Below, in pieces: positions 25,232 through 38,386 of a DNA stretch of 64,000 nt (its first letter is position 1; each line of letters starts with the position of its first letter). Below the pieces are notes generated by a model that was not told where the DNA came from, did not search any database, and saw only the letters and a list, made by a program, of their open reading frames with translations. Position numbers and translations under genes: made by a program. The DNA is from Vicugna vicugna (lineage: Eukaryota), in assembly GCA_013265495.1 (NCBI GenBank), contig MU058418.1:2320917-2384916 (forward strand). The letters run 5' to 3'.

Positions 25232-25303
25232 TTCAGCAAATTAAATCTTATGTTCAGCAAATCTTATGTTCTTCAGATTTCAGCAAATCTTATGTTCTTC
25301 AGA
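25232..25303 (+). repeat. Short tandem micro-duplication (25-bp unit x2 plus a partial copy)
   Basis: TTCAGCAAATCTTATGTTCTTCAGA at 25253-25277 and 25279-25303; variant copy from 25232. Confidence 0.9.
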
Positions 25304-25924
25304 AAAAAAAATCTGTTTTAAAAAAAACAGCACTAAAAAGATTTTTAAAATAAAATTTCCAAAATGCAGAGCCATCTTTCTAAGAAAAGAAAGGGAATAT
25401 ATTTCTTCTCTCAAGTGAATCCTCTGACAGGGTTCTGTATGACAGGGAAGGAAAATCAAAGATAAAGGGGCATCGAAAGTAAAGTCTCAGCACCTCGGAT
25501 GGTACACTGAGAACAGCAGCGTCATCCTGTGTGTGCCAAACTCAGCTTCTCCCTCCAACACGGCGAAGGTTGGGGAAGACACAGAAAACAAATCATTGAG
25601 GGCATGGCGTGTGTACAAAAATTAAAACCAACAATTATCTGATCTTGTTATTTTATCATTAAAAACACATCAAAAACGGTTACCAATGGGAGAATTTCTA
25701 AGATGATGAGTACTGAACCCAGACATTGGAGTGGAAAGGGCATGGAGAAAGAATTGCCTTGCTGAACTTAAAGAAAACATTTATCTTCAGACAAGCATGA
25801 TTATCTTGCAGACTTCCAACAGTCTTCTGCATCAATTTCCAGACTCATTTGCAGTTTGAAAAACTTTTCATCTCTTCCCAGTCCATCCATCTGGCCCTCT
25901 TTTTATCAACCCACTCTTCAAGAG

Positions 25925-26070
25925 TGTTTGGGTTTAAATCCTGGCTCTATCTCTGGGGAACTCAAGACAAGTAAAATAATCTCCTGGTGCCTCAGTTTCC
26001 TCCTATAACATGGATCCATAATTATATGTGTCTTATAGGGTTTTGTGAATAATAAGTCAATTAGCATCTA
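25925..26070 (+). mobile_element. MIR SINE
   Basis: TGGGTTTAAATCCTGGCTCT...TGCCTCAGTTTCCTCCTATAA. Confidence 0.7.
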
Positions 26071-26132
26071 TTTTCCCTTAATCTAAGCTCTCAAATTTTA
26101 ACTACATTGTTGTTGTAGTTTCTATCATAGAT

Positions 26133-26280
26133 TGTAAGAGCAGATAACAAATTAAAATTAAGAAGCTTAATTCTCCCTGTTGAGAATAAGGGAAGACATT
26201 TCTCTTCCCCTCACCTTTTTGTTTTAGAATTTCTTTCTCTGTCCTTTTCAAATGCATGGAAATCTTTATAATGCCTAGAT
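26133..26280 (+). mobile_element. ERV1-class LTR 5' fragment
   Basis: TGTAAGAG..AAATTAAAATTAAGAAGCTTAATTCTCCCTGTTGAGAATAAGGGAAGA resembles an ERV1 (MER4-group) LTR head. Confidence 0.55.
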
Positions 26281-26284
26281 ACGT

Positions 26285-26504
26285 TATTTAATAAGGCTTG
26301 TTATGCAGATTTCTCCGTTGCCAGCACTGGGCTGATAACAGTCTAAAGTTGTGCCTGGTTGATTAAGAATTGTCCTGCCTCTCCTGGTAGAAAAGGGGAG
26401 GGTGGAGAGTTTTCCTGTGCCTGCTTTTTCTCAGTTGCCTCCAGCTCAGGATAATCTTATGTCAGAGTGGCCTATTTCGAGGAGGCATGCTCTCACCCAC
26501 TTCA
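26285..26504 (-). mobile_element. MER34-like LTR 5' fragment
   Basis: Minus strand TGAAGTGGGTGAGAGCATGCCTCCTCGAAATAGGCCACTCTGACATAAGATTATCCTGAGCTGGAGGCAACTGAGAA; related to 50140-50237 in this window. Confidence 0.7.
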
Positions 26505-27398
26505 ACATGCATCCCTTCTCAGTGCTGCCCCACAGAGGGGTGAAGGCAATAGCCTGAGGCCAGGCCATTTGATGAAAACCACACTCTGGTTGTCTTCCTT
26601 CCAGGGAGATTTGCTTTCATCTTTCTGGCTCTTTGCTTGGGACTGACTGAAACATGAATGAGAGGAGGCTGCTGTAGCCCTCTTGTCTGGCTGCCCCCTT
26701 CCTAGCTCCTCCCATTTGTCTGAAGTCCAGCTGCCACAGGTAGGTAGGGGCCAAAGCTGTTTTGTGCAAAGAAGGCAAAAGTAGCTGGGAGCTTCTGAGC
26801 AGAGGGTATTCAGAGTCTGATGTCCTTTCGTTCAGAGTGGCAGAGACAGACTAGGCATCGGGAAACCCACCGTCAGTGCGGGCGTGCTCAAGCCGGGGAC
26901 ACATGCCAGGCTCTGTGGGGCTTGGGAGGATTTCTGGTAGTGCCCAGGAGAATTCTCATAGAGAAGTGAACATACTACATGTGAGCAAGTCTTAAATATT
27001 CATTAGGTAGAAACAGACTGTCTTTTCTTTTGAATGGGATCATTTTCAGAAGCCCTGCTGAATTTCCAGTGAAACCCTTTGGGTTTCCATGCTCATTATT
27101 CCCATGATAGTGTTTGAATTAGGACCACGACAGGCTGGCTTAGGGCCAGTCAATCACACAGCCAGTCCTCCGCGCACAAGCAGCAGAGAGCCAGGGGGAA
27201 GGGTGACAGCAAACAGGGGTTTGAAATCTAACCATGCAGGGGAATTCCATCTGAGGGTATTGCTTTTCTTATAATTCTCTGTGAAAATTTGTATAAGAAA
27301 TATCAGGTTGTTTTGAAATCAGAAAATGAATTAGACTGAAATCCCTCCACTCGGAGAATAACCACTGGAAGCATATATCCTTCCAAACTTTTCTCCAT

Positions 27399-27776
27399 TG
27401 TATTAGTTGACTAGGACTGTGCCACAACAAACTACCACAGACTGGAGCTTAACCAACAGACATTTGTTTCCTCACAGTCTTGGAGGCCAGAAGTCCAAGG
27501 TCAAGGTGTGGGCAGATATGGTTTTTTCTGACGCCTCTCTCCTTATCTTACAGACGGTCTCGAATGAACTTTCCTCTGTGTGGGCGCATGTCTGAGTTTG
27601 GATTTCCTCTTTTTGTAAGGACATTAGTCATACCGATCAAGACACATCCTAAACATCTCATGTTAACTTAATTACCCCTTTAAAGACCTTGTCTCCAAAT
27701 ACAGTTACATCCTCAGGTACTGGGAGTTAGGACTTCAATGCACACATTTTAGGGGTATGCAATGCAGCCCGTAACA
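27399..27776 (-). mobile_element. MLT1B-like MaLR LTR
   Basis: TGTATTAGTT...CTCACAGTCTTGGAGGCCAGAAGTCCAAGGTCAAGGTG...TTAATTACCCCTTTAAAGACCTTGTCTCCAAATACAG...CAGCCCGTAACA. Confidence 0.88.
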
Positions 27777-27974
27777 TCTCCTGATCTTTATGTAAAAATG
27801 TACATTTTCCCCCAAAACAAGCATCATGATGCAATTACTACTTTGTAACCTACTTTTAAAAAACTTTAACATGTGCTATTTCTATGCCAATAGATACAGA
27901 CTAGGTCTGATTCAAGATTAAATGGTCTGAGTAGATGCATTTGCCTCCCACTCCCTCCTAAAACTGAATTAATC

Positions 27975-28110
27975 ACAATAGCTCACATTTACTGGGTGCT
28001 TATTATGTGCCAGGCCCCATTTTTACTGCTTTGCATGTGTTCAATTATTTAATTCTCACAACTCTGTGAGATGGGTGCTATTATCTCCACTTTTCAGATG
28101 CTGAGGGGTG
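27975..28110 (-). mobile_element. MIR SINE
   Basis: AATAGCTCACATTTACTGGGTGCTTATTATGTGCCAGGC...TTAATTCTCACAACTCTGTGAG...TTTCAGATG. Confidence 0.85.
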
Positions 28111-29784
28111 AAGAAAGAGTCAGCACTGCCTTGAGGGAGGGATTAGGAAGATTTTTCTTCCCTGCAGGGAGAGCCTGGTGTGAGTCAATAGAGGTGGGAA
28201 AGGGCTAGAGGGGAGAAGGCTCGAGGTGGCTCCCCTCCGGGCACGGCCACCCACGTCTCTGGCATCCACACCCTCCAGGGTGGCCCTGCCCCTGCACAGG
28301 CAGCTGCACGTCTTGACTCCCACTCCAACCCCTGGGTGCCCTTATTCGCACCACCCAGCAGTGCACCTCATGCAGAATAAGCTTGTACAAATATTTGTTG
28401 AAATAAATATACACTAAAATGAGCATCCTGAAAGGCTCTCTTATAATAGAAACATTCTTATATTTTTAAAGGTTTTTAAACATTAAAAAAAACTTCCCAG
28501 GGGTAGAGGGCCAGCATTCTCAGTTCAGCGAGTTCCATTTCTGGCCGCAGTTGAATGTAACACACTTTTCTTGTTAACTGGGAGAAAGAAACTAAAGAAG
28601 GGCAGAAAATCCCCCTGTGCTGCTTCTGGGGGTTGTGGGTGTGGGGGAGCCTTGGTTAATGGCAGCAGCATGAGTATGATTTCACTCTACCATTTGCAAA
28701 GCATTTTCAAGTGGTAGAGTTTCCAGGCCTCAAATGGAGATAATTCCTCACCTAGTATGAATGACAGTGCTTTTACTTTCCCTTATCACCATCCAACTCC
28801 ATTTAAGACATCTTTCTCCCACAAGATCATCATCAGCCTGGACCTCTCATTCCAGCCCAGATAGCTACACACACACCTCTTGTCACAGTGCACCCCAGGA
28901 TGCACGCCCAGCCCGAGCACAAGCCAAGAAGCTGCCCCCACTTCTCTACACCAGCTCTCTCCACTAAGATCCTACAGAAAGTTCACTTTCACCATGAAGC
29001 CCTCCCAGATCCACTCTCCCAGCTCATCTCACTCAGTCCTTCCTTTGCCTGCTGAGTCCACAGATGCCTGGATCCCTAGATGAAGAAGTCAACCATTAAT
29101 GCTCCTGCTTCCCTGAGCACAGACACACAGAAGTCCCACACCTGTGTCACTGGCTGTGATGATCCCATGTTGCCAGAAACGTGATGCTCACTGCTCCTGA
29201 GTCACAGGCCTAGTGCCACAATTATACACTCAAGGATGCTTTGTCCTGATGACTGATGAGCATTGTCAAGGTTGGCCAGTCACTGTCCCTGTCCTTGCCT
29301 TCTGTTTAACCCATCAGCTTTCAAAAAGTTGTGAATCACTGGAATGGTTGCTCCAAGGGAACATTACAAACATTCACCACTCTCATCTTAATGATCAACA
29401 TATCCTGATGCTTAGTTATGTATAAAACATTTACAGTTTTATTATAAAGAACATGGCTCAGGAACAGCCAACTGGAATAGGGCAAGGTCTGGGGGAGTGA
29501 GAGGGTTCCCCGTGGAGTCGGGAACACCTGACGCTTAATGTTTAAAAACCATTTTGCTTTATTTTGTATGTCTCCTTACTGCAAGGAATAAGAAGAAATT
29601 AAGATGTGGAAAAGAAATGAATGTCTGTGTCCTCCAGCAGCTCATTCCTCCCATTTCTCTATAACTGCCCAGGCTGATAAATTGATCTCAGTCATAATTG
29701 TGAAAAGACAATCTTAATCACATCACTAGTGATTTCTCATCTATCTTACGGAAAAGAAAATTCCCAGATTGTGAGTGATTTGTC

Positions 29785-29808
29785 CACACACACACACACA
29801 CACACACA
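29785..29808 (+). repeat. (CA)12 microsatellite
   Basis: Seen directly. Confidence 0.95.
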
Positions 29809-30684
29809 AATTTAAGAGAACAACAAAATGTGCATAGTCCTTATTAGTATGGTTTCCCTGTGTCCCCTGAAGAGGACACACTGTACAGGAAACAGTAGTA
29901 CATTCAGGGGAGTATAAACAGGCAATTCTGAAGAAATGATTTTAAACAAGTAAGTGCTAAAAGAACAGAGCTCAAAAGAAAGTTGTTTTGTTTTTTTTTA
30001 AAAGAAGAAACCCGAGAGACAACTGATTACCTATTGTCATAGGTTGCTTGTCCTTCAAGGGGGAAACAAGCTCAAACTTCCCTTCTACTGCCGTCCAGTA
30101 TATGCACGATGGCCAGAAACCACCCTTCTCTTTTTACTACTCGGCCTTTTCCCCCACAACGTCCTGGGCATCCACAGAATGATGCAGCCTATAGGACACT
30201 GTGACACAGGATAAGAGGACAAGAGTTTTTCTATCTACCTGATAATGGTGGTCCAAACCAATTATGAGCTGGGTAGGAGCCAGCAGCTCCCCAAACCTTT
30301 GAGAAAGAAGGTGATCTCTCTTGTGCCTCCAAAGTGTGGGGTGTGGGTTGGGGAGGGAGCAGTGAGCTATGTACAAGAGTTGCTACAAACACCCCCTGAG
30401 CCAGAGATGGGCAGTGGGGTTCACTGCACCCTCCTTCTATGCATCGTGGCCAACCACAGCCTGAGAGGGAGCCAGCAGAGAAAGAGCTGCCTGCCAGGGG
30501 CTGAGATTCAGCAATGGTAAAGGAGTTCTCCTCTTCCCAGATTTCTGGTTCAGTCTTGTGACTTTGGGGAAGTCACTTCACTTCTTGGAGTCTCCATTTG
30601 CTAAATTATTAAGTGTGAGATTCACCCAAGTAACACCAGAGCTTTACACTGAAGATAAAATCAGAAATGTGATTGGGGACTTAC

Positions 30685-31385
30685 TAAACTAAACATACGC
30701 AAACCATATGATCCAACAACCATTCTGCTTGGTATTTACCCAAAGGAGTTGAAAATATGTCCATACAAAAACCTGCATACAAATGTTTATAGCAGCTTTA
30801 TTCATAATTGCCAATAATTGGAAGCAACCAGGACATCCTTCTGTAGGTGAATGCGTAAATAAACTGGGACATCCAGACAATAGAACATTCATTATTCAGT
30901 GCTAAAGACAAATGAACTATCAAGCCATGAAAAGACATGGAAGAACCTAAACGTATATTGCCATGTGAAAGAAGCCAATCTGAAAAGCTGTCTGATTTCA
31001 AATATATGACATTCTGGAAAAGGCAAAACTATGGAGACTGTAAAAAGTCCAGTGGTTGCCAGGGGTTTGGAGAGAAGGAGGGGTGAATAGATGAAATACA
31101 GGGGATTTGTAGGGCAGTGACATTATTCTGTATGACACTGTAATGGTGGATATGTGTCATTATACATTTGTGCAAACCCACATAGTGTGCAACACCAAGT
31201 GTGAGCCCTAATGTTAGCTGTGGACTCTGGGCTATGATGATGTGTCTGTAGGTTTATCAGTTGTATCAAACGTACCACTGTAGTGGGGGATGTTGACGGC
31301 AGGGGTAGACTATGGTGGGTGAGCTATATGGGAACTCTGTGCTTTCCTCTCAGTTTTGTTGGCAACCTAAAACTGCTCTCAAAGA
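30685..31385 (+). mobile_element. L1MC1-like 3' end
   Basis: GGTATTTACCCAAAGGAGTTGAAAA...AAGCCATGAAAAGACATGGAAGAACCT...GACATTCTGGAAAAGGCAAAACTATGGAGAC...AACCTAAAACTGCTCT. Confidence 0.9.
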
Positions 31386-33497
31386 TCAAGCCTAAACTAT
31401 AAAGTCTAAAACTATGTCTGATAGCATTACTTTTTTTTAATTACTCCTAATTGGTGACCTCAATTGTAGAATCAAGATGATATTGCCTGACTAAATCATT
31501 AAACACAGTCATATTGTCAAACTCATTTCTCCTATGCTGGAAACTTTATAATTAATAGTAACACCTACAGGAGTAAATGACTATTACTCACAACATGCCC
31601 CAGATTGAATTGAAGACAGCAACATTTGGAAGCAACTTGAAAAGTGAGCTCCCCATCACAGCTCTCGATTCTCACATTCAAATAGAATGATCGTGGCTGG
31701 AGGAATGGGTGATGGGTGTGCAAGTTCCCTTAGGAGACCCCCAGGGTTTGAGGGAGGACAAGCTCAGGAGGCCCCAGGCCAGTGTAGGATGTGACATCTG
31801 CAGGGACTCTCCTTGGGCTCAAATGAGGCCATCTGCCTGACACATCCATGAAAACGCCAAGGGACCACCTAGCGGCCCAGAAGGGCAGGGAAGGAAAGCT
31901 TTGAGTCAGATTTCGGTCTGGGAGGAAGAAGAAGAAACCCCAGGCAGGGGAAATACTTGCTGGAGCCAATTGCTGTGGTAGAGAGAATCAGGCAGGCAAA
32001 AACAGGTAGGATTCCAGGAAGCAGGGCTTGCAGGGTGAGTGGAGGGGGAGACAGCCTGCACCTCGGCGCTAAACATACACTGCGGGTCTCACTGACCACC
32101 CCCCGGCCTGCCCCGCCCCTGTGCACAGCTCAGCGTTGGCTTCTGCTGAGCTGCGGATGAACTTCGCCTTTCTCCAGCACCATGGATAAAGCTGCTGGTC
32201 ATCACTTCTGTTCAAGAAAGTCTGAGGCCTTTTCTTGTCTCGTTGCTGCATCACGCACACCACACTCTCGTCTCCCACTTCAGCTCCACCGATCCCCTGC
32301 CTAGGATTGAGGCCTGCCTGCTGCAGCCTCTGTCTGTCTAAGGTCACATCTCAATCTGGAGGTGTGGGTGAGACATTTCTGAGGGATAGAAGCACAGCGC
32401 AGACCTGCTTACACCATGAGCAATATGGAAAGAAGGGTCAGGAATATCACTGAGGGCCTCAGGAGCTGCTGCATGGAGGGACCCAGAAGACAGGGGGACT
32501 CTTTCCACCTGCTGTCTCTGTTTCTCCGGCTTTATGCTACATCTTGCTACAGACTGGCTTATCTTCATGACAAAACAAACACACACAAAAAATATGATTT
32601 CAATAAAACTGAGAAAAAGCATGATTTCAATAAAAATTTACAAATTTTACCATCTACAGTTTCACCTTCCAAAGACTCTCTTAGTCCCAAATTCAAAGGT
32701 CCTTCGAAAGCCCTAGATGCACAGCTGGGGTCAAATACCCACCCTAGACTGATCAGTGATGGCTTCAGGGCAGACTCATACATAGACTCATATTCATACT
32801 AAATTTTTCCTGAGGCCAAATTTAGTAACCTGTTAGAATTTCTGACTTTTCCTGTCTTCTCCACCTGCTCACTAAAGGAAATGTTGCCTTTATCCACTCA
32901 GAATGAAATTAGCACAACATTGTAAAATTATTATAAATCAATAAAAAAAGTTAAAGAAAACAATGGAATTAGAAGTCAAAAGAGATAATATGTGTTAAGG
33001 AACTACATACATGTTCAGTGATGTTCTTCTTACTAATTTTATTCATTGGGGAATCCCCCAGGTCGCTTCCCGAGGAGAATTCTCTCACGCCAACCAGCTC
33101 TGGGCTACATCTTTTATGAGGGAGGACAGGCTTCAAATAGGCTGTATAGGGGTAGCTGCAGAGGTTCAAAAGAGGCAGGACTGGGAGGGGAGGGGCAGAG
33201 GGTACTAACTGGTCACATGGAGAAGAGATACAAGGGGGTCACTTGGAAGAGGCTCTAGGGAAGCTGGGCAGTGAGGGAACTGGAGGGGGGGTTGGGACAG
33301 GAAGCCAGGTTTTTGAAATACTAGGGTATGATAGTGGACTGGACTATATTTAATGTTCTTCAGGAAATGTTAATAAATATCAGAATACTTTTATGTTGAA
33401 TGTTGGTTCCTGGACAATATGTAACTCCATGCAAAGACTAGACCCTGTGTGGCTTTCTTAATGTCAGATACAAAAACGTACAGATACATAAAAATGC

Positions 33498-33528
33498 TGA
33501 TGGTGGTGATGATGATGATGATGATGAT
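33498..33528 (+). repeat. (GAT)n trinucleotide repeat
   Basis: TGATGGTGGTGATGATGATGATGATGATGAT seen directly, at a MIR end. Confidence 0.85.
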
Positions 33529-33635
33529 ACAAAACATTTATTGAACATTTACTACGTGCCAGGCTCTGTGCCAAGGGCTTCATGTGCATTTGATATTCCA
33601 AGCAACACCAGAGTGAATGAATACTTACTGTCCTT

Positions 33636-33998
33636 AAAAAAAATCATATAATATCATTTAATATGTGGAATCTAAAAAAAATTATACAAATTCTTTTTAC
33701 AAACCAAACACAGACTCGCGAACATAGAAAAACTATGATTACCAAAGAGGAAAAGGCGGGGAGGGCTAAACTAGAGGGTGAGGATTAACAGACACACATT
33801 ACTATATATAGAATAGATAAATAAACAACAGGGACCTGCCATACAGCACAGGGAACTATATTCAATTTCTTGTAATAACATAATAGAAAAGAATCTGAAA
33901 AGAAAGTATATATATGTATATGTATGACTGAATCACTTTGCTGTACATCTGAAACTAACATTGTAAATCAACTACATTTCAATAAATTTTTTTTAAAA
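33636..33998 (+). mobile_element. L1 3' end (cetartiodactyl type) inserted into a minus-strand MIR
   Basis: ATGTGGAATCTAAAAA...GATTAACAGACACACATTACTATATATAG...AGCACAGGGAACTATATTCAAT...CATTGTAAATCAACTAC; MIR halves at ~33530-33635 and ~34005-34090. Confidence 0.88.
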
Positions 33999-36900
33999 AC
34001 CCATAAGGAAAGTAAGGCTTAGAGACATTAAATAACAAGTCCAAAGACACACGTCTTACATGGCAGATTTGCATTTGAGTAGTGTGACAGCGGCTGTGGA
34101 AAGAGGGTTTGTGAGGTGCAGATGGGGTGGGGGTTGCCTCATGGTAAGAGATTTGTCCATTTCTAGAAAATGGGTACTGGGCAGAAAACCCCACGGAGCT
34201 GGTAACTTTAGCCCCAGCAGGGTTATAGCTTCTATTGGGCTTCTCAGTGGAGGGTGGCTCCTTGCTGTTTGAGTCACATAAGATGTCCTCATGCTGTTTC
34301 AAGGTCCTTTATCAGTCCCCATTGGCCTCTTTCCCTGAAAGCCAAGTCCTGATCTGGCCTTGCCAATCAACACTGGCATTGTGGCCCAGTATCTCCTGGA
34401 CCTACCCACACAGCCTTCTTACCCGCATGCCTTCCTCCAAGCAGTAACCAGCCAGCAACACCACCCCTCACCCAACCTGTATCCTTGCTAATTTAAAGCA
34501 AGGTGACATCAGAAGATCAGGCAGCACTAGAGTTAGGCCCCAGGAGAAGCAGGAGAGTGACTATTGGGGAGGTCCCTGACTCCCACCCTACAGTAAGCAA
34601 CAGAGGTCCCCAATTCCCTGGCAGAACTGTGGTGAGAACCCAGAGAGAGATGAGGCTAATGATGGTCACCACTCTGCCAGCAGGTCTGGGCTTGTGAGAA
34701 TGTATAAGACACAGGCTGGGAATGCAGTGGCTTCTAGGGGGCTTCATGAAGTTCCTGCAATTTCAGGTTGAAATAAAGACAATGTAATGTTTTACACCAA
34801 GTCTGGTGTGGCCCAGAACCATAGGTTCACTGCTAAATTGTTTGTCTTAGGATGTTTGACCAACATCACAAGGTTCTTATCCAGGTCACATTTCTAAGTC
34901 CACATTCATTGTTTGGATCATCTCCAAGTCCCAAATGACCATTCATAGAGCAACTCGCTGAGCACATGTTACATAGAGACTTATACTGTGCAGCCCATGG
35001 TCAGGGGAAGAATTTGAAATGCATAGAAATCTCCTTTCTAGCAAAAAGGCTACAAATTGGCAGACTTCCTAGGGTGCTAGTTAGCCCAGGCTCTTCTCTG
35101 AGAACTTCTCAGGGTGTTAGCAAAGGACTCGGGCTCTCTATCCTTGATTACCCAGCTACAGTGAGGACTAGCCTTCCCTTGGAGCAGCAGGATGAGACTG
35201 GAGGGAGGACCCCATGGGGCCATCGATTTCCTCATCATTATGGTCAAGGCAGTTGTTAACAATGATGGCCAAAGACCCATTAGCGATAATGCAGTCAAAA
35301 TGGAAACTCAAAATGGCTCAAGTCCAAGAGCAGAATCTGTGAATTAAGAGATTGAGTCATGTCTTCTAAGCCTAGGAAAAATATATCAATTTATAGATTG
35401 TCACCTCAGTATCTGAGAGAGAGTTCAGAGAAACAGAAAAAGGAGGAATTTGAAGAAGCTGAAGTTGGCTTATATTCTGCTACATCATCGTCATCATCAT
35501 TATTATTGCCTATGTAATATTACCATGAGCCAGGTACTGTTCAAAGCATTTTACATGCATTAGCTCATTTCAACTGACCACAATATGACCACTTCACTCA
35601 TATGACCAGTTTGGGCTGCCTATTCCTTCAAATCTCTCCTTGATTTCTGCCCTTTACAGTATATTGCTTTCAGGACCAATAACTACAGGCAACCTGGGCT
35701 CATGTGATGCAAATAATAACTTAGTCATTAGCCTCTAGTGAATGCTTGAAAATCTATCATGAGATGCTGGATAAAGACATTGACACTGATTACATGCAAA
35801 TCCATCTGTAAGAGATAACCCTTTACACTGAAAAAAAAAAAGGCTGTTAAATATCAGTTATGTATTAGGCACTGCTGTAAACAGTATTTCATCTAATATC
35901 CACCATCCTACAAGGCAGCTGGTATTGATGGAAATTAAAGTTAAGCGAGCCCAAGGAATTCATTCAAGTCCTCCCAGTTAAAATGTGGAGGGACTAGGAT
36001 TTGAGCCCAAATCCTAGCTCTAACAACACCCAACACGTTCTTGCTCCTGTACCTTACAGCCTTAGCTCTGAGTTAATACGTTTTCATTTTTTAAAATACA
36101 TTTTCATTTATTACTACTTCATTATACATTTTAATAAATAATGACTTAAAAACATAACCACAATACAGTTTTCACACTTAACAAAATTAGCAGTAATTTA
36201 CAATAAAGCACACGTTCCGTTTTTCCTAGTTGTGTCAAATATGTCTTTTTAAATTAAGACTTTTTCAAAAAATTAGCATCCAAACAAAAGCCACACATAC
36301 CTCATTTGGCTAGTGGGTCTTTTTCTTCTTTGAGTTTTAAAAAAATTTGAAAAAATTTAAACCTATAGAAAAGTCAAAAGAGTAGTATAATGAACACCTG
36401 TTTGTCTTTCAAGAAGCATCACAAAAGTTGGTATATGTCTTAAATCTTTTTATCTATAATTGTTCCACTTCTCTTATTAAAAAAAAGTCATTTATTTCCA
36501 AGTTAAACTATGTCATTTGACCTACAGAATTTCCTACATACTAATATTTCTGATTAAATTACCCCTGGTATCATTGAATGTGTTCTTCTGTGTCTCATAT
36601 TTCCTAAGAACTAGAAATTAGATCTAGAGTTTGATTATATCCAGGTTCTTTGTTTTGTGGGAGGGGGAGAATCATCCTTCATAGAGTATGTTACATACTT
36701 TCAGCTGTGTCACATCATGATGCACTTAATACCTGGTTAATTTACCCCTGACCTTTGGGTTCACATGATGTCACCATGATCCATATACCATAGAATGCCC
36801 CATCAACTTTTAACCTAATGGCTTTAGCTGCCATTGGTGACTGCTGCCTTGAACCATTATTTTGTTAGGGTTTGCAAACTAATGAGGACTCAATTTCATC

Positions 36901-38185
36901 ATTCCTACTGTGCTTACCAGCTGTGTTTCCTCCATAAAAAAAACTCCCTTGCAGCAAACATTTGGTTGCTGTGAGGTGCAAACCATGAGGTTCGTTTAGG
37001 AAGGGGAGGATAGCCACTTGATTCCTTTTCTTTCTTTATCAATTTTCAGGATGATGAACTGGTGTTCTGGCGACTTCCAAGGTAATAAGGCGTTTTACCT
37101 GTTGCGGCAGTAGGGGAAGGGTGTAGGGGATGTGGAGGATCATTATGAACCCAGGGACTTTTCCATATTGATGTGTTTAAATCTGTTGCAGTTGTTTGTG
37201 CTTGCTTTTGTTTTTTGGGTTTCTTTGATGTTCAGACTGTCTCATCTTTGGTAAGTGAGGGCCCCTTCAATTTAGCTACCATGTCATTTTGATGTGATCA
37301 CAGTAATCTTTGACAGTGTCCTTGCTTTTAGGTATGACAAGATGTTCCAGCTCAAGAAGACCTTGTTCCTTTTAGTGGGAAATGGCATCTAGAGACTACA
37401 ATCTGGGAACTAGGGGTGTTTGTTGTTATTGAGTTACCATTGCTTCTAAATCTTTTCAGTGGACGTCACTAGGACATATCAAAGTTTTAGAAAAAGAAAA
37501 GTAAGTCATGAGTTAACACTGAAATTTTCAACTAAAAGAATTACAGGATTTTATTTAAACCTCCTGATTTTATTCATTCATTTGTCTATGTTTTATCTCT
37601 TACGCTGAAAATCTTAGTTTCCTCCTAATGAGATTAGGGGAAACATACTTGTTTTAGCCTATTTTCTGGTTTCAGAATAATAATATCATATGTTTTACCC
37701 AATGCCAACAAGACCATTGAATGCAGAGTCAGGTTTCTTGACACCTTTGTGGTTCTTTTTGTCTTTAGGATAGATCCCACTAGAGGTGTGTAGTGAAAAG
37801 ACTGTGGCTTAAATTCATTTGAAGTTAATTAGCCTCCTATAGGTGGTTATGCCACCAACTAGATACACAGATAGTTTTTTTTTTCAGTTTGCTGTCCATT
37901 TTTAGGGGGTTATTTTTATTTAGTTAATTAAAAATTATGTAAAACATTTACTGGTTCTAAAATCAAACTATAAAACAGGTGCATTCAGAGAGGTCTAGCT
38001 TCTATTCGACTCCCTTCCCTCCTGCTCTCTCCCCTCCCCAGTGGTAACATTTTTAAATGAGTGTCTGTGTATATGTATATGCATGTGTGTGTATATATGC
38101 CCATAATACATATGTATATGTATATACACATATCATTTATATATATACATTCTATAATTATTTACAATATACATATGTATAATAC

Positions 38186-38386
38186 CAGTTGACCCTTAAA
38201 CAATGCAAGAGTTAGGGGTACCCATCTTGGGCATAGTCTATGCATAATTTGTAAGTGGCCCTCCATATCTGTGGTTTCTCTGTATCCAAGGTTCTGCATC
38301 CTCGGATTAAACCAACCATGGAATTATAGAATCACTATGGAAAAAATTCTTGTATAAGTAAACCCATGCTGTTCAAGGGTCAGCTG
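38186..38386. mobile_element. Tigger2-derived MITE (TcMar-Tigger)
   Basis: Terminal inverted repeats CAGTTGACCCTTAAACA / TGTTCAAGGGTCAGCTG (15/17 complementary); internal GGCCCTCCATATCTGTGG...GGATTAAACCAACC. Confidence 0.85.

Noticed and set aside
25695..25775. Box C/D snoRNA (ATGATGA ... CTGA)
   Set aside because: The terminal stem does not pair in kink-turn register and no guide complementarity is evident; such motifs occur by chance.
32594..32635. 15-bp direct repeat ATGATTTCAATAAAA as a retrotransposon TSD
   Set aside because: Only 12 bp lie between the copies and the geometry does not fit an L1 endonuclease site; more likely a small tandem duplication.
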